Notes under the pieces: generated by a model
What the model was told of the DNA's origin: nothing
The model's database searches: none
The model's input: only the letters and a program-made list of their open reading frames with translations
Part shown: positions 52,187 through 64,000 of the stretch, piece by piece
How the letters are laid out: the number at the start of each line of letters is the position of its first letter
Position numbering within the stretch: the first letter of the stretch is position 1
Assembly: GCA_964016885.1 (NCBI GenBank)
Contig: OZ024742.1
Span: 74,896,001 to 74,960,000, forward strand
Reading direction: 5' to 3'
Length of the DNA: 64,000 nucleotides
DNA from: Eledone cirrhosa
Taxonomy: Eukaryota
Translations under genes and position numbers: made by a program

Positions 52187-54380
52187 CTGTCTTCATACCA
52201 AGGATACCTCTCATTCCATCTGGTAATAATAAGGCTGCAATTCCCTCTCCGGCTCAGATTCGCCATGTCGATTAACAAATCACAGGGTCAGACGCTGACA
52301 GTCGTAGGGCTTAATTTAGAAGAACTGCGCTACTCCTATGGTCAACTATATGTTGGCTGCTCTCGAGTGGGGAACCGACATAACCTATTTGCTTTTGCAA
52401 CTCGGGAGAAAGTTTTGTAGGCACCCCATCTGCCAACAAGTAATCGCTGTTTTTATTTGTATAAGTGCTTAGATTTGCTGTATCCGTGTGCTATTTTTGT
52501 CCTTTTGACAATACCACGTACGCCTCTGAGGTTGCTTTTGCTATACGTTATAAATGTTCAATGTCTCCGTTTTCCGTATTTATATGTTGCTATTACGCTT
52601 TGTTATCGATGTTCATTAGTTTTAACCTACTTTTCCCTATCTGATTTACACATTTTTTGGACATTCCAGCGTGATCTTACCAAGGCTGCTTTTGTTTGTG
52701 GCCACCGACTGTTACATGCTTTTCTAGGTTACAATCTCAAATAACAAGCAAAGCAAATACGACACCAAAGGGGCGTGAAGGAATTCTTAAGAGCCACCAC
52801 CTCTAATCGAAGTCAATCTTTGCTGACAGCTCTGCCGCTGGGAGTTTTATTGGACGATTTTATTTTATATTATTTATAATTTGCGTGTAGGCAGATCTTT
52901 CTGGAAAAAGGGGTGGGGCTTGATGAGAGTATTACGTGGCCGTGGGTAGTAGGTGGTGGCTGGCGGTAGCTCCAAAAGTTTGACAATCTCTGAATTAAAT
53001 CATTTTTCTTTCTTCCTTTCGTTTTTATGATTACCGATGTCATTTTAAATTAGGCATTACTAGAACTAGCTGGCGTATATCAATCCATATTTACTGAAGT
53101 TGCAAGCGAAAAAAAAAAAGAAAAAAACAGAAATCGGAGCTGAGATCCAAATTGGAAGGTACTTTTTAAATAAATATTTTCAAATAGACACTCGTTATAT
53201 TTTTCTATCTATATGTGAAGACACATTGTGCTTCAATACTGTTTTTCAGTTACGGTGCAGTTTAGAATAAATATATATTGACACACTTTACGTATTTAAA
53301 AAAACGCATAAAGAAATAAATATTCATAGGCGCCGTGATAGCTGTTTCGTTAAGGAGTTCCCTTTGCAATCCCGTAGTTTCGGTTTCAGTCTCATTGCAT
53401 GGCACGTTGGGCAAGTATCTTCTAAAATAGCTTTGATTTGACCAATGTCTTGTGAGTGAAACTTCGTAGATGGAAACTGGACGAAAGCTCATTGTATGTT
53501 TTTAAATGTAGTATGTCCCTCTCAAAGTATAACAATATCTGTTTCAAAACACGATTTCACATAAAATGTCTTTCATTTAAAACTTAGACAAAGTATTACA
53601 CACACACACACACACACGTGTGTATGTAGCGTGTGTGCGTGTTATATGTAAACGCCGCTATATTCAAGTTCCATTTTCTATGAAAGATTTTTAAAACTAT
53701 TTCTTTATTAGTCCATGTCTTTCCGCCTCCTTTCTCCTTTCTTCTACAAAACTAGTCATTTCCGACTGGTTTGGAGGTTATATTCGTTGATAACTCCGAG
53801 GATGGGGAACCCACCTTACACCATGCCTGCATCCTGGAGGCCAGATTCGTTGATAGCACCCCCCCTCCCCGAAGAAAACAGATTTCCCCACTGAAATCGA
53901 AAGGATTGTTCTATTATAATTGGTTTAGAACAATAGTCTATTAACCTTACGTTCACAGCTTCAGAATAACAATAGTTGCCGAAGTGGCTATACCTATACA
54001 CAAACCCACACACATTACCATTGGCAATGCACTATAAACATACACGTGGACCGAACCATACACATACGCATACACAGATAATACACCCTGACACACGCAC
54101 GCACACACATTAAAAATACCCAGACACACACACACCACAAACTTGCACTGCTTCTACGCACAAAATCGTACATTCACACAAGCAAAAATCTAAAGAAAAC
54201 CATCAAGCGCATACAAAATACGCACATAAAGACCGAACTAAACATGCACACACACACACACACGCACGTGTGCATACAAAAAGTATATACAAAACACATC
54301 TCACCTCAAACTAGCATTTTAAATTCTTTGAATTCTGCCAGGCTGCCATTTTGTATATACACGGACTCGCTCACACACAC

Positions 54381-55436
54381 ATCCAGAAGTCGCATGGGGT
54401 TAACTCTGGACTGTAAGGAGGATGGTCACCAGTAGTTGGTCACCAGAATGGATTTGTGGCAGGTGACATTGTCCTAGCACAGGTGCCACTGATCAGACTT
54501 GAAGAGTTATGGTCTCTTGCGACAAAATCTCTCTCTGAACTGCCTCAAAACCCCTACATAGTGCTCTTTGTAGACTGGCTGGTCAAGGGGGACCCAGTGG
54601 ATGTAGATGATGCTCTTGCTGTCGAAGAATGGTATCATCATGAGCTTCCCAGTGGGCATGCTTTGCCTGGTCTTCTTGGGTCTTGGGGAGTCTAAATATT
54701 TCCACTGGGCACGCTGTCTCTTGGTCTCTGGATCATAACAGCAGACCCAGCTCTCGTCACAGGTTACCAGAGACTCAAGGACACTTGGATTCGAAGCGAT
54801 CCACTCGACCATCTCACAGCTGTCATTAACGCGCCTCTGCCTTTGATCTTCATTGAGTATCCTGGGAACAAACTTTGCGCATGTTCAGACCGTCATGAAT
54901 GACTGTGCACAGTGCTCTCAGCCACTTCAAATTGTTTAGCAATCGTCAGAAGTGATGCACAACGGCCTTCGTACAGAAATTTGCGAATTTTATCGACCAG
55001 CTTTGGAGACTTGATGTACCTCTCCCTGACACACCTCTAGTCGTCCCTCACATGCATCCTGCCCTTTTTGAACCTTTTGTGCCAGCGGAAAATAGTCACC
55101 CGGCTCATGAAAGTTAGTCCGTAAGTAGTTTTTACCATTTGATAGGTTTCTGAAACTTGTTTGCCGAACTTGACACAAAACTGTATTGCACATCGAGCCT
55201 CCAAATTGTCCTTCCGTCCTGACAGTATTGTGGAACTAATCAGCTGTGACACGACGTGTATGACGAATAGTGTTTTAAGTTCTGTAGCGGCCCGAATCTT
55301 CAACATAGAAAAAAAAAAGATTTGGCATATTAGTTTATTATAGCCATATCAAGGATGTATTAGAGTGACAGTTACGTAGTTCAATTAAAAGATACTGAAA
55401 CTAAAAAGACTCAAAACTTCTTCAATGTACCTCGTA
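54381..55436 (-). mobile_element. Mariner transposon relic, 3'-truncated
   Basis: TIR TACGAGG; HTH region IFRWHKRFKKGR; VTCDESWV.CYDPE.KRQ; HPPYSPELTPCDF; stops and frameshifts. Confidence 0.92.
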
Positions 55437-55693
55437 CATCACAAAATTTGATGAACTAAATTCATCCCATTTACTGACTCACTCTAGCCCCTATTCTTAG
55501 TAAGACACACCAACCTATCAACCACTCCTTTACTTTTATACCAGTCATTACCAAACAGCTTCCTAACTAAGGACGATCACTCCAAGAAGCGTGTTTCATC
55601 ACTGGAATACTATTTTTCCCAACTCATCTTCTGAAACACAGAATAAAACAGACACACACGGAAGTACACACACGCCACCGAACAGACACATGT

Positions 55694-55725
<32 letters not shown>

Positions 55726-55730
55726 ACACG

Positions 55731-55824
<94 letters not shown>

Positions 55825-57774
55825 ATCACACCCATTGGCAATACATAATATCATCACGAACAAAATATACACTCCAACAAATCATCCTACATCAATCATG
55901 GGCAAACTGCGGCTCGCTTGGCTTTCTGAGTGGCATGCCAAATTTCAAAATTGCCTTGAATCTTTTAGTAGTGTAGTTCACCTCGTGATGAGCCACATAC
56001 TTCTCTTTTTTCTTTCTCGACTTTCCAATTTCCCCTTTCTCCAAATTTTACTCTTCCCATATGAAGGACTAATGTCGAAACAGGTCTTTGAAATAACAAC
56101 ACCAAAAGCAGATCTGTCACCGTATCAATAACTTGACTTGCCTTAGAATTGGATTACATAATAAATGGATTAACTAAAAGGCTATCTAAATACGTCATGT
56201 CAGTAATTGCCTTATAGCATCATGACGTAACCCTAACCTTTACCCTAATACTAAGCCTATCCCCTCCTCCTCCTCTTCCTCCTCCTCCTCCTCCTACTAC
56301 TACTACATTGGTTAGTTCAAATCACAAGGTGGTGGTGGAGTATATCAGTAAAAGCAGCAATTCTATATACGTTTAGCAGCAAATAGGCGACTTTGTAGCG
56401 CCCTTGATAATGATGAGTGCCTTAACGACATTAAATATATCTGTAGGAATCTTTAGCGCCGCCATGTCTGGCAGATTGTGCATTTTAATCTTCATTTGGG
56501 TGCCTATGATCTTGGTGTCGGGGCCCTTTTGGTTAGTCAGAATGGTGCGTGCATTAATATGGTGTACATGATGGTTCAAGTGTGAGTGGAGGGAGCACTC
56601 TGCCCAGCATATACACATGGGCTGAGTGGAGTTAAGGTGATCATTGTGGGATATCCGGGGCCCTTGGTTTGAAATTGGCAATGGTTGTATTTATTTTGTG
56701 ACAACAAAATGTTAAGTCGGATTTCTTGTTGATATCTCTGATGTCTTACCTTAATTCAAACGCTATAACATATTGCTTTTCGTGTTCACGTTTTCTTCAT
56801 AGACGTGGTGATAGCGACAAACTCGAGTTCTTGTGTCATCCACAGAACTAAATCGTAGGTTGAACGCATAATCCATGGATTTAAGTCTTTGAGCATGTCA
56901 GTTATTTAAACAATTATTTTAACCCTACGTAAACTAACAGACTGTGATCAACCTATCAAACTGACCAACAGGTAGTAGTTTCGATAACTGTAAGCAAAAT
57001 CGCGATCGTGGCATCACTGTCGATAATTTCTCTTTGATGTAAGGATTTTATAAGTTCTTCAGCAATTTGAATTTAATTCTAATCAATTTAAACAATAAAC
57101 AAAAACTACTATTATTCTCAATTTCAAGGTAAGCAGTGTATGGCTAATTGAATATTCATGGAAACTAGAGTTCTTCGGGTAATTGATGTTATGATAGAGG
57201 TTTGATTGCAGTCCATTTACTGCTGCTTAAAACAACTTTTACATATGTATGCATGGCAAAGTCGATACTAGAATTATCTGAATATCAAATGATGTAATTA
57301 AATACGGCAAAATATTTTGTCTGATACTGTGATCTTTTTACTACTTAATCACCAGTCATCATATAAATATGTTTATAATATCATAATGATACAAAGAAAG
57401 AGGAGGAAAAGCTCTGACCATTTTAGTTAGACGGTATTTCTCATCTGTGTACCACGGACAAAAGCATTACCAGGCAGTACCAGAGCGAAAGCATTGCCGC
57501 AAAGAACAGTCAGAGAAACCGTTTGCATCAGCCAGTCCGCCTCGCAGGGCTGCCTGTTCAAACGTAATGCCTCGTTCTGATTTGATGGTGAAATTGTAGA
57601 ATTGTGTAAATTATTTCATGTGTCTCCTTAAGATTTTATATAACTAAAGTAAGATAAATTTATATTCAACAGAGAAGAAGAAATAAGATAAAACTTGAAG
57701 AAAGAAGAAACTTCGAAAAAACAAGTACATCCCTTACTGTGAAACTCCGAGCAGTGAGCTTTATCGTTGGTGAG

Positions 57775-57920
57775 ATGGCAAGTTACCATCATACAAATAG
57801 TCGTCTTCCGGCTATCTGGCAGACAATTCCTGACAAACTGAAATATTTAGCAGAAGAACAGCCAGATAAATTGGCCTTTGTTGTATATAAAGACCAAAAC
57901 GACCGACAGGAAATCACGAG
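57775..57920 (+). CDS. Probable first coding exon of a host AMP-binding acyl-CoA synthetase (ACSF2-like)
   Basis: MASYHH..WQTIPDKLKYLAEEQPDKLAFVV..RQEITR fits the adenylate-forming enzyme N-terminus; acceptor ttcaacag at 57672; upstream donor aag|gtaagc at 57128; downstream donor weak (gtctct). Confidence 0.6.
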
Positions 57921-58028
57921 GTCTCTCTCTCTCTCTCTCTCTCCCCCTCCCCATCTCCTCTCCTCCTCTCCCCCACTCTCCCCTTTCTCCCCTCTTTCCC
58001 TCTCTCTCCACCCACTCTCTCTATGTAC

Positions 58029-58059
<31 letters not shown>

Positions 58060-58069
58060 TGTATGTATG

Positions 58070-61000
58070 TTTTCTCTTTCTCTTAATTTCGAGTATATTT
58101 TTTTGACCGGCCACCTTCCTGGTGGCAAGGTTGTAAAAGAAAAGAAATTGTCATCCCTTGAATTGCAAGAATGTTTTGTAAATTTTGAAGGTGCCAGCTA
58201 TCGCAGCCATTTGTAGACTATGAATTAGGGAGCTGCGCTTTTTGTCCGCAAATCCAAGTTCAGTCATACTTTGGTCCAAGCGGGTTGGTATATAACCCGT
58301 AGCACCAATAATGACGGGTATGAAGCTAAAGGTGTATCTTGGATACTGGATTTGTAAACTCCTCATCAATGGTCCGTAGATGTCCTCCTTCTCCTGTAAT
58401 TTTCTGACAACGTTTACAACAAGTGGGCAGCTGATCTCCACAACAGAACACGTTTTCAATGTGTGGTCCCAAACTACAATATCAGGCCGGTTGTGCTTTA
58501 ATTTGGTCAAGTTTTTATTTTCAGGTTCCACCAGTATTCCTTAGTGCTATCTGTCTCAATATATTCTTCCTCGTTTGTTGTTAATTTTGTTTTCCGAAGT
58601 GCGTTCCAGATAGTTCTAGCTATCCCATCGTGTCTCATGGGGAGGTAGTAGCGAGATGACATTCTTTCGCAGCTGGCAACAATGTGGCTTACATCCTCGA
58701 TCTTTGTTTTACATAGCTTACATTTATTGTCAGCTGCTGGCCCTCCTCTTTTGTGCAGTAGATATTTGGTAGAGAGTTCTTGTTCCTGTATTCCTGTATT
58801 CCTGTAGGTGTGATGTATTAAACTTGTCGGAACTCCATGCCAGGCTTTTTGAGTGGTTTATCCCCTCCATGGTCTGTGTTTTACGCCTCAAGTATCGATG
58901 CACAACTTTTTCTGTAAATTGGTCAATTTTTTTATCTTGTTTGAACATTGAATAGGATCTTCCGATTTCTCTGGGTGAGAGATTTATATCAGGCTTTATT
59001 CCATATCTCTCCTCCAGATCAGTCGTTATTCTAATGATATTTCTTTTTTCCTGGTCATAAACCTGGGCAAGATGGTTGCCAACCTTTTTCCTCTGTTGAA
59101 GGTGTTGCTTCAGTATTACTATCCGGGTCTCATATGTTATAATATTGATTTTAGACCCCGGCCACCTTCCTTGCGTGAGAAGTATAGCCTATCCACATCA
59201 CCATTGATGTTAAAGTTGCCAGTAACACTGAGAAGTTTTCGAGTTCTAACATCCATCTCACTTAGTTCTTGCAATGACCAGTTCAGTAGGCCAAATGTTG
59301 GCGTTAGAATTGGCACAGCATAAGTATTGTGGGCAATGTATTTGTTGTATGCTGACAGTTCTGATGACCATATTTTCTTTACTCTTCTGAGGTATTCAGT
59401 TCTGGTTCTCTCCTTATTTATGGGTCCATCATATCTGACATTCTCATCCTGTCCAAGATATATGTAGTTGTCACCTGACTGCAGAGGTTGTATTGTCAGG
59501 CCGTTCATCTCTAGATTTCTAGAGGAGGGCACAGCTCTTCCACGTTTTACTGCCAAATATGCACACTTGGACTCACCAAATTTCATTTTGATGTCGGTTG
59601 AAAATTGTGTAATGAGGTCCAATTGTTTCTTGATGTCATTGATATTTGGCCCATACAACTTCAGGTCATCAACAAAGAAAAGATGGGAGATACTTCTGGG
59701 CCCACTTCTTTGTCCACCTTGTTTCCTGAGTAGGTAAGATAGTGGATTCAGTGAGAGAACGAAGAGTAGCACTGACAAGCTATCACCCTGAAAGATGCCC
59801 TTCTGGTAATGTATCTTATCAGTCTTAACCTGCTCCTTCTCACCTCTAAGGATCAAACTGGTGTACCAGTTCTTGGTCAGGCGTTCAACAGCAGCTACCA
59901 ATGGTTGTGGGACTTTAGCTAACTGTAAAGCCTTAACAATCCACCCATGAGGTACACTATCAAATGCTTTTTGATAGTCCAGCCACACGACAGTCATGTT
60001 TCTGCGATTCTTTGTTGTTTTTTCCTGAATCATTTTGTTAGTTAGTAGGTGATCTATGCAACCCCACACCTCCCTCTTTCCACCAGCTTGCTCAGGTGTT
60101 ATGATGTTGTTGGTAGCACAGTGATCCTGTAAGAACAGGTTAAGGCACCCAGTATATAATTTATACATGATGTTTTGGCAGGCTATTGGGCGGTAATTTT
60201 TAGCAAGGGTGGTTTGGCTATTTTGGGGAATGAGGAGAGTACAGGCGGTTGATAACCATCTGGGCAGTTCTTGTGTGCCCTTAATGGTTTCTGTAAACAG
60301 CCGTATGAGATCTTGCCGATAGAAAGTGAAATTCTTCAACCAGTATCGTGTAATGAGGTCTGGGCCTGGCGATTTCCTATTCGACATTTTCTGTAGAGCT
60401 GTTTCCAGTATTGAGCCATCTATGTCATATTGTTTTGTCTGGACATGTTGGCAGTAGTCCTGTTCCAGTTCTTTTAGCCAATTAGCTTGTCTGTTGAATC
60501 CGTCATCCGTTTCCTATACAGATCTCCAGTAGCTCTCAACCTGTTCTTTTGAAGGGGTGTCATTTACAGAGATTGAGCTTTTGCCACCGAAGCTGCGATA
60601 AACTGATTTAGGATCTCTGGCAAACAATCTATTTAGCACTTGTCGTTTATGTGCTGTTGACTTATATTTTAGTCTTTCTGTTGTAGCTGTGAGTTGTTGT
60701 TTCAACTGGTGTAAATTGGAGTTCAAAGTTTTAAATTTTGTATCTCCAAATCGTCTCTCTAACTTTTTCTTTAGGTCTTCCTGGTGTCGTGTGAAGTTTC
60801 TCTCTATGTTGCATTTCATAACGACTGCGATGTGTGAGATACTTCGTCTCAGGGACAAAATTTTGGATTTTAAATTTCGCATCCACGCTGGTTCAGCCTT
60901 TCTGCTTGTATCTTGATTGCGTGGTTTTAGATGTGTGTTATATGATAGCAATGTGACAGCTGAAACATATAACAAAACATTAAGCGTTTCAAATGTCGTT

Positions 61001-62284
61001 TCTACACCTTTAGATCGTATAGCCTTCAGATAACTGCCAGCTATTTCGTTCACCGCTTCCAATTCCAATTTAGTGGGTTCTTTACTGACTCTAGTGTTGT
61101 ATGGTCTGTCACTCACATTAAGGCTGTGTATATCTTGAAACATATCGTTCCATATCACTTGTAGGGAGCCCACAAGTTTTTGGTGCTCTGTTTGTACAGT
61201 AGAGTCATGAATTTCAGCCTCGTTGTTGATATGGTGACAATTACTACTAGAGTCAGCTGACCTTTCTCGCTGTTCTTCAGTGGAAGTGGGATGGATTTCA
61301 GCAAAATTGTTGATGAGCTGTTCACTGTTAGATTTAGCTGGCCATTCTCTTCGTCTGTCAGTGGAGGTGGGGTGGTTGTCTACAAGGGCTGTATTTGTAG
61401 TATCACTCAATTCCGTTAGATGTATCAATTTACATCTAATGATACGTTTTGCCTGTTCATTTAAATGCTTTGGAGAAAAGTCTAATTCTGGGTGTTTGGA
61501 GTTCCATAAAGTTTTTAGCCTTTGCATAAAACCGAACTTTTGGGGTTCAGATTGATTGTATGCTTCATATAATACTTTGTTAAGCTCGTAGCTCCACTGT
61601 GTACAACGGTTTATATTGCGATTTGGTCGAAGGAGACTTGTACTTTTTGCCATGATGAGTTCATCTATTCACTAATATTTCGTATTTATTTTTCAAAACA
61701 GTCGATGATCTTCTTTAAAAGTTACGACAAAGTTCTGTCAGAATCAAATTTAAAGTTATTCACAGCTTGGGTAATATTTCTTTTCAGTTAGTTTTTAATT
61801 CTACAACTGTATTTTAAACGTTGTTCTTGAATCGTTTGAATCGAGAACAAAAAGAACCGTTACTTAGTATATTCCTTTATGAATGTAACATAATATAACA
61901 ACGCTGTATTTATATGTTAAAGTTTATGTATCATTCATATAAATAGGTGTTCTACAACCCATTCACAACATATTCACAGTTCAAACACTTATATTTTTGT
62001 TTCTGAATCGAAAACGTTACTTGTATATTTCTTTATAAATGTAATATAACAACGTTGCATTTATATGTTAAAGTGTATGTATCGTTCATATATCATAAGT
62101 GTATGTATCGTTCATATAAATAGGTGTTTTACAACACACTTACAGTTCAAACACTTATGTAGAATTATTGTATGTAATCTTACCGCGTAATGTAGCTCAA
62201 CTTTTTCCAATATATGGTATGTTGCCTTCATGTAAGCCGTAATTACACACGTCCGATTATCGGACACTGACCACAACGGTCGCC

Positions 62285-62286
<2 letters not shown>
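58070..62286 (-). mobile_element. Near full-length R4/Dong-type RLE LINE flanked by (TATG)n
   Basis: ORF from 61653 to 58151 with a few lesions: KSPGPD, NYRPIAC, WLDYQKAFDSVPH, GIFQGDSLS, HLFFVDDLK, GGRGL, CxxC..H..C, RHD, HNRPDIVVWD..VVEISCP. Confidence 0.93.
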
Positions 62287-62315
<29 letters not shown>

Positions 62316-62358
62316 TGTATGTATGTATGTATGTATGTATGTATGTATGTATGTATGT

Positions 62359-62964
62359 CAGGTCACCAGTTGGTGCTACTGGTAACATGTATCCCAGTAC
62401 AACCTGTCTCATGATCGGGTCGTTGGCGACTAAACTGGCAACCCCACCAAGGTTTCTTGATGAGGAGGGTGACTTTGGACATCCTGCAGGACTAAAATCA
62501 AAACCTGTCAAAGGGCAAAGGAGCTCTTAAGTGTCAATGGCCATCCAAAATCACCGGGAGAGATGACCCCTTAGCATTTGTCAAGGCAGAATTCTAGGAG
62601 AAGGAAAACTCTGATATAACACCTGCAACCTTGATGGTATCCAATGATGTTGACTTGTTCTTCTTTTTGGTAAATATCATCTTGGTTAAGAGAGTGGGAC
62701 TGGCTTTGTGCAGTGCCTTTGCTCACTATAAAAGCTTCACGACACAGGCATTGCTTTATATCTGGAGATCTCGCTGCACTTGTCGTCATATAGTACCATG
62801 GGCCCAGTACTATGTGTCAATAATTGTCACAAGTGTAGTGTTTGTACCAGAGTTTTCAAGTCGCTGGCTGGGCTAAAAAGTCACACTCGTTCAGCGCATC
62901 GGTAGGGGTCCTCCTACATGGATATAAAGTAGTGGCCGTACTCGAAAACGAGTTGGCAGCCACC
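62359..62964. mobile_element. ~600-bp element bounded by (TATG)n; left half resembles an RTE 5' UTR
   Basis: CTAGGAGAAGGAAAACTCTGA motif; second copy from 63741 to window end. Confidence 0.55.
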
Positions 62965-63279
62965 ATGTATGTATGTATGTATGTATGTATGTATGTATGT
63001 ATGTATGTATGTATGTATGTATGTATGTATTTATGTAGGTATATATGTATGTTCTTCCGGTTTTATAATTTCCCAAAGTTTTTCCCAATGGAGAGAGAGT
63101 AGGTTTCTAACATAGTCACAAGACTCTCTCCTTGGAATTGACACAACATCAACTAGGTAGATTATGTCTGCACGTATGCATGCATGTGTAGATATGGATG
63201 TTATTGCATGTGTGGATGTGTATGTTTTGAGTTATATGTGTGCATGTGTATATGCTTTGTATCTGTACATGTGTACATG

Positions 63280-63662
63280 CAGTTATTAGATGCAAAGGTT
63301 TTGGAATGTTTTACATATTTTTACTGTTCCATTAATAGATTGTACTTGTAATTTCCTAACTAGTTGTGTTCTTTCTGTTCCTGTGAAGCCTAGCTTCTCA
63401 AGATTTGTATTGAGTCAGTTACTAACATACCCCAGTGCCCCAATAATCACAGGCATAAATCTGAAGGTGTAATCAGGTGGAGTATCTGCAGATTTCTCAT
63501 TAGTTCTGTATAAATATTCTCCGTTTCGCTAATCTTAGATATTATATTGGCATCTGCTGGGCAGCTAATTTCCACTACTGTGCATGCTTTCTTCTCCCTG
63601 TCCTATATATCTGGTCTATTATGCCTGCATTTTATTGGGGTTTTTACTGGAACATTCTACCA
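63280..63662 (-). mobile_element. 3' fragment of a second R4/Dong-type LINE
   Basis: WNVPVKT..CRHNRPDI..ACTVVEISCPAD. Confidence 0.8.
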
Positions 63663-63740
63663 TGTATGTATGTATGTATGTATGTATGTATGTATGTATG
63701 TATGTATGTATGTATGTATGTATGTATGTATGTATGTATG

Positions 63741-64000
63741 TCAGGTCACCACTTGGTGCTACTGGTAACATGTATTGCAGTACAACCTATCCCATGGTCG
63801 GGTTGTTGGCGACTAAACTGGCAACCCCACCAAGGTTTCTTGGTGAGGAGGGTGACTTTGGACATCCTGCAGGACTAAAAACAAAACCTGTCAAAGGGCA
63901 AAGGAGCTCTTAAGAGTCAATGGCCATCCAAAATCACCGGGAGAGATGACCCCTTAGCATTTGTCAAGGCAGAATTCTAGGAGAAGGAAAACTCTGATAT
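63741..64000. mobile_element. Second copy of the 62359 element (runs off the window)
   Basis: Close match to 62359-62620, same (TATG)n junction. Confidence 0.8.

Larger units (their letters stand above)
48856..52870 (+). mobile_element. Internally deleted Helitron
   Basis: A|TCTATATATATAAAA 5' end; Arg/Ala-rich 60-bp repeats at 51120-51350; helicase C-terminus FLNSLDPPGLPPH.L.LK.G..MLLRNL, QFPLRL.FAMSINKSQGQT..GQLYVGCSRV; 3' terminus not recognised. Confidence 0.85.

Noticed and set aside
51947-52420. 157-aa ORF as an intact helicase gene
   Set aside because: First half is antisense solo LTR; only the last ~75 aa are Helitron helicase
56228-56260. TAACCC-like telomeric repeats
   Set aside because: Only about four degenerate units
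56373-56681. 102-aa minus-strand ORF
   Set aside because: No convincing family motif; HINAR resemblance to a LINE endonuclease is too weak

Overview
AT-rich, microsatellite-dense eukaryotic DNA made almost entirely of nested transposable elements. The repeat repertoire suggests a cephalopod/octopod genome (inference, not verified). It contains at least five families of Penelope-like retroelements (PLEs; RT plus GIY-YIG), including Naiad-like, Neptune-like and one with an uninterrupted ~710-codon RT-EN frame. Also present: a near full-length R4/Dong-type LINE in a (TATG)n tract, RTE and CRE LINE remnants, two decayed RepHel Helitrons plus non-autonomous Helitrons, a mariner relic, a solo LTR and tRNA-derived SINEs. 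One probable host exon (AMP-binding acyl-CoA synthetase N-terminus) lies at 57.8 kb. The most notable signal is more than a dozen hammerhead ribozyme (HHR) motifs read by eye. These include a non-coding ~446-464 bp head-to-tail repeat with one minimal type I HHR per monomer at two loci (a retrozyme-like element predicted to give ~460 nt circular RNA), non-canonical HHR cores (U3:A8 covariant; CAGUUGA), and a recurring head-to-head inverted architecture shared by full PLEs, pLTR stubs and the retrozyme. All calls come from manual reading, and coordinates of decayed elements are approximate.
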